Source: an uncultured Deinococcales bacterium
Lineage (GTDB): Bacteria; Deinococcota; Deinococci; Deinococcales; JAAFIG01
DNA: 17,233 bases
Direction: 5' to 3'
Assembly: GCA_964247135.1 (NCBI GenBank)
Contig: CAXTTL010000093.1
Location: forward strand, 1 to 17,233
Shown: positions 13,824 to 17,233 of the stretch, in pieces
Numbering within the stretch: the first letter of the stretch is position 1
Layout: every line of letters starts with the position of its first letter
The notes under the pieces: model-generated
Told to the model about the DNA's origin: nothing
The model's input: only the letters and a program-made list of their open reading frames with translations
Databases searched by the model: none
Made by a program: the position numbers and the translations under genes

Positions 13824-15679
13824 AACGATTGTTGCTGACCTGTCTGCTGGTGGTGGGATTTGCCCAAGCGTTCGCCCAAAAGTTGCAAATTGATTTTTTG
13901 GATGTTGGTCAGGGGGATGCGGTGTTGATCCGAACCCCCGATGGACACGCGGCGCTGTATGACGCTGGACGGAACGCGCTCGAGGTCGCCAACCAATTGA
14001 CGCAACTCGGGGTAACGCATCTTGACCTGGTCGTGATGAGTCATGCCGATGCCGATCACATCGGCGGGATGGCGGAAGTGGTTGAGAAATTTTCTCCCCA
14101 AGCCTTTTTAAGTAACGACCTGCCGAGTGCCACCGGAACGTACACGAAAACACTCGAGAGCCTCGCACGAGTCGGTGCTCAAGGGTTGAAAGCCACAGAC
14201 CGCATCATTGGGCTGGGCGACCAGGTTCAACTACAAGTCTTGCCGCCAGAACACCGCAACACCGATCAAAACGAGAATTCGGTAGGCATTTTGCTGGAAT
14301 TCTACGATTTTCGCTTGGTGCTCGCAGGCGACAGCGAACCCGCCACACAGCGCTATTGGCTTTCCAAATTTGCCAGCAAACTCGCTCATGTGGACGTGTA
14401 CAAGTCCAGCCATCACGGTTCAAAAAGCAACGACACCCAGATCTGGCTCGAGGCGCTCAAACCCCAGGATGTGGTGATCAGCGTCGGAAAGGGCAACGCC
14501 TATGGACATCCCTCGATTGAGGCTATCGCACTTTACAACAGTGTCAGGGCTAGGGTTTGGCGCACCGATCTCGAGGGGCGGATCAGCTTCAGCGTCTCAC
14601 CTTCGGGTTTATACTCTGTCAAAAGCCGCGAAATTGAAATCAATCGCAATTTGCGTGTCAACCCGAGTTTGGACATCAGCGCCTTCGCCAAGCGAGCCAC
14701 AGTCACCACGCGCCCGCTTCACAACTCAAACCAAAGTTTGATTGCCTTTGAGCCAATGCAGGTCAACGCGCTGTTGAGCATTCAAGACGCCAACGGCAGG
14801 GTCATGACCGGTGCTTTAACGACAGGAACGTATTACTTGACCCTTAGCAATCCTGGCTTTGTTCCCATTCGAGAACAGGTCACGATTAGCGACGACACCA
14901 AGCAAGTCGTGGTGGCAGTCGATGAACTTCAAGCCAATCCAAGTGCCAGCCCAACGAGCCTTACTTGGGTGGGAAGCAACCTCGAGTATGCCGTCTTTGT
15001 GATTCAGGATCGCGTTTTTGTGCCGGACATTTCGCGTTTGAAACCTGGTGAGTACACGGTGGTCTACCAATCGAGGTTTGAACCTTACAAATTGAGCCTC
15101 GTCACGGTGCGTTTGGAGGCGGACGTCAACCTCGAGTTGACGACGCCCAAATTAGGCGGGCGCGTTGGCGTGAACCCACGGACTGCCATCGTGTCCTCAA
15201 CGGTGGTGGTCGCACTCTCGTTGGTGATCTCGCCAAGTTGGGCGCTTTTCAACTTCGATCAACCGCTCAGTCCAGAGTCCAATGGGCACAACTTCCAGGG
15301 CAGCCAAACCCCGAGTGCAACCACAACGGTCGGTGATTTGGATTGTCGTGATTTCCCATCGCAGGCGAGCGCTCAAGCGTTCTTCGATGGTTTGGGTGGG
15401 GTGGGGCACGATCCTTACGATTTGGACCGCGATCATGATGGGATTCCATGTGAACGAAACGAGGACTGGACGATCAAACCCAATGAACCCCGTCCGGGTA
15501 GAACGGCAAGCACGCCCGCGCCGTTAATCACACCATCAGTTCCCTCAACGCCGGCAACCCAACCCAGTCCACCAGCGCCGTCCACGCCGACGACCACACC
15601 GAGTTCAGGTTGGTGTTGGGTCAATGGATACACCAAGAAAAACGGGACTCAGGTGGCAGGCTACTGGAGGCGATGCTGA
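13820..15679 (+). CDS. Secreted ComEC/Rec2-like metallo-beta-lactamase-fold hydrolase with beta-rich middle region, Excalibur Ca-binding domain and Pro/Thr linker
   Basis: Signal peptide ending AQAFA|Q; FLDVGQGDA; YDAG; SHADADHIGG; NENS; GDSE; HHGS; NAYGHP. Later DLDCRDF...DPYDLDRDHDGIPCE (Excalibur), P/T/S-rich linker and CWVNGYTKKNGTQVAGYWRRC tail. No ComEC membrane domain. Confidence 0.85.
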   Translation: MKRLLLTCLLVVGFAQAFAQKLQIDFLDVGQGDAVLIRTPDGHAALYDAGRNALEVANQLTQLGVTHLDLVVMSHADADHIGGMAEVVEKFSPQAFLSNDLPSATGTYTKTLESLARVGAQGLKATDRIIGLGDQVQLQVLPPEHRNTDQNENSVGILLEFYDFRLVLAGDSEPATQRYWLSKFASKLAHVDVYKSSHHGSKSNDTQIWLEALKPQDVVISVGKGNAYGHPSIEAIALYNSVRARVWRTDLEGRISFSVSPSGLYSVKSREIEINRNLRVNPSLDISAFAKRATVTTRPLHNSNQSLIAFEPMQVNALLSIQDANGRVMTGALTTGTYYLTLSNPGFVPIREQVTISDDTKQVVVAVDELQANPSASPTSLTWVGSNLEYAVFVIQDRVFVPDISRLKPGEYTVVYQSRFEPYKLSLVTVRLEADVNLELTTPKLGGRVGVNPRTAIVSSTVVVALSLVISPSWALFNFDQPLSPESNGHNFQGSQTPSATTTVGDLDCRDFPSQASAQAFFDGLGGVGHDPYDLDRDHDGIPCERNEDWTIKPNEPRPGRTASTPAPLITPSVPSTPATQPSPPAPSTPTTTPSSGWCWVNGYTKKNGTQVAGYWRRC

Positions 15680-15763
15680 AGGTTGTTTGCAAGTGGCGGC
15701 GAAGTTTATTTCCACATTAAACCCAGCGACGAAAAATTGGGTTTTCAATCACAGGAGTTTGGC

Positions 15764-16288
15764 ATGAAATCATTTTCAATCGTTGTTTTCTGCATTGTGT
15801 TTGCCGTGAGTGGCGTGCTGGCCGCGCCGTTGCTTGGCTCGAAAAACTCTTTTTACGAGTCAACGTTTTGTAAGTTTTACCTCTGCGATTTGACCTCCAA
15901 ACAATTGATGACTTCGACGCTCGAGGAATTCCGTTACACCACCGCGAACCCGACCCCCACCGAACCCAATGCCATTCCCGAACCGGGCAAGACCGTTTGG
16001 GTGCTGCGTGAAAACGGAATCATCGTCAGCGGTGGCATGGAATTCGGCGTACAAGACAGCATGTTCGGCTATGGCGGTAACAATTTTGTGAAGCGTTTCA
16101 TTGAGTCGTTGACCGACACTCGAGTCTCAGACGAACAACTGGTTCAACTTGAAGCGCGAGCCGGGCGATCCAAGGGTGAAGTGCGAATTCAGATTGGGAA
16201 ATCCGTCAAGAAGATGTACTTATCGATGCTGATCTCGAGTGGTGAGTACGGCAATGCCAATCGTCTCTCGCTTCGCGTGTCGCTCTAA
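15764..16288 (+). CDS. Secreted hypothetical protein (174 aa)
   Basis: RBS CAGGAG before ATG 15764. Signal peptide MKSFSIVVFCIVFAVSGVLA|AP. Confidence 0.7.
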   Translation: MKSFSIVVFCIVFAVSGVLAAPLLGSKNSFYESTFCKFYLCDLTSKQLMTSTLEEFRYTTANPTPTEPNAIPEPGKTVWVLRENGIIVSGGMEFGVQDSMFGYGGNNFVKRFIESLTDTRVSDEQLVQLEARAGRSKGEVRIQIGKSVKKMYLSMLISSGEYGNANRLSLRVSL

Positions 16289-16419
16289 ACAAGGGGTTTG
16301 ATGTGCTGGTGCAGGTGGGAACCTCGACTCGGCATGGCACAACCGAAGTTGCAACAAGTTCTGATTTTTTTGCCGTACAGCTTGGAGTTTCTTGGATCTT
16401 GGAACGCTATACTCGAAAG

Positions 16420-17001
16420 ATGAAACGCTTAATGTTGGTGGTGGTTGGCCTGTTCGCCACGTCACTTGCCGTCTCAACACCTTCGCGCGGTTTGGGTTTG
16501 ACCCGCACGCAATGGGAAGCAAACCACAAGAAAACCGGATTTGGGAATCTCGGCGTGCAATACGGGGACGTTGAGGTGCTGTTCGCCAAAAATCGAGTGC
16601 AGCAAATCATGTTGCTCGCCGACACGGAACTTCCAGCCCAAGAAGCCATCTCGAGCATCAAAAGCTTTTTGCCACGCGATGCCAAAGCCACCACGCAAGT
16701 TAAAAACGAGAAGAAAAGCAATGTTGTTTTCAATTACTCGAGTGCCAGCCTGGGCAAGTTGCATTTTCAGTACAACAATTTTGCAGACTTAAAAGGGTTG
16801 ACTCGGCTGATGATCGCACTCGGGGACAAGCCAGTTTCGGCAATGCAAGCAAGTTACCCAAAAAAGCCTCCATTCTTTTTTGCAAACTGTGAGGATTTGA
16901 ATGAAAAATTCCCAGATGGTGTGGGCAACTGGCACGCTTCATACCGTCCCAAACTTGATCGGAACAACAACGGATGGGCATGCGAACCGACTCCCCGTTG
17001 A
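16420..17001 (+). CDS. Secreted Excalibur calcium-binding domain protein (193 aa)
   Basis: Signal peptide MKRLMLVVVGLFATSLA. C-terminal FANCEDL...GV...HASYRPKLDRNNNGWACE. TATACT-N6-ATG leaderless-type start. Confidence 0.8.
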   Translation: MKRLMLVVVGLFATSLAVSTPSRGLGLTRTQWEANHKKTGFGNLGVQYGDVEVLFAKNRVQQIMLLADTELPAQEAISSIKSFLPRDAKATTQVKNEKKSNVVFNYSSASLGKLHFQYNNFADLKGLTRLMIALGDKPVSAMQASYPKKPPFFFANCEDLNEKFPDGVGNWHASYRPKLDRNNNGWACEPTPR

Positions 17002-17060
17002 ATATAAATCAATTCCGTTGGCGCAGTGCCGTGTTCGATTCGCGACGTTCGGGCTTGCGT

Positions 17061-17233
17061 TCAATCATTTGGTTTGCTGTTTTGCTCTGGCTTTGTTCTG
17101 ACGAGTGTTTCAGCTCGAGTCAACTCAACATAGTCTTTACCCATGTCAAACGTGTTTCTGCGGGCTTCGCACCAGGCAGCAAATTCAGTGTTGTTCATAT
17201 GCTCAGGGTGAGCGCGAAGCCCAAGTGGCCACC
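17061..17233 (-). CDS. Possible 3' end of a hypothetical gene entering from the right edge
   Basis: Minus frame is open from the window edge: WPLGLRAHPEHMNNTEFAAWCEARRNTFDMGKDYVELTRAETLVRTKPEQNSKPND*. Confidence 0.35.
   Translation of the reverse strand, partial: WPLGLRAHPEHMNNTEFAAWCEARRNTFDMGKDYVELTRAETLVRTKPEQNSKPND

Larger units (their letters stand above)
169..17109. repeat. Highly iterated hexamer palindrome CTCGAG (dispersed)
   Basis: About 100 copies by manual count versus roughly 4-5 expected for a random hexamer in 17 kb. About two thirds fall in 1300-6800. Confidence 0.9.

Noticed and set aside
13820-14650. Calling the MBL protein comEC or an antibiotic beta-lactamase
   Set aside because: Lacks the multi-pass Competence domain. 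Motifs (DVGQGD, HHGS, YGHP) are ComEC-type rather than class B beta-lactamase.
15490-15605. Low-complexity CCG/ACG-rich stretch
   Set aside because: Explained by the Pro/Thr/Ser linker of the encoded protein; not a DNA repeat element.
15719-15745. AAACCCA...TGGGTTTT hairpin after the MBL gene
   Set aside because: Short AT-rich stem with a large loop; not convincing as an intrinsic terminator.

Overview
Mosaic accessory region (plasmid/ICE-like), most likely from a Deinococcota (Deinococcales-like) bacterium. That assignment is inferred from an RDRM-like operator, an ImuY-type mutasome, several apparently leaderless genes and about 100 CTCGAG palindromes. Left to right: (1) the 3' end of a ubiquitin-like conjugation operon (ThiF/E1 plus DUF6527-like Cys/His protein); (2) a small divergent ORF; (3) a translationally coupled mutagenesis cassette imuY(imuB-N)-imuB-C-dnaE2-SRAP, with a DdrO-type RDRM inside its promoter; (4) two large paralogous proteins whose C-terminal ~340-355 aa carry AcrVA2/FinQ-family motifs, arranged divergently around an AbiEi/AbiEii type IV toxin-antitoxin pair whose promoter is a 37-bp palindrome readable in both directions; (5) an orphan ORF; (6) DUF3006, a secreted multidomain ComEC-like MBL hydrolase and two further secreted proteins. 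The best candidate for a new system is the acrVA2-like <- [operator] -> abiEi-abiEii-acrVA2-like module, in which both AcrVA2-like proteins appear to carry a degenerate second copy of the AcrVA2 core at their N-terminus. All family calls come from motif recognition by eye; no searches were run.
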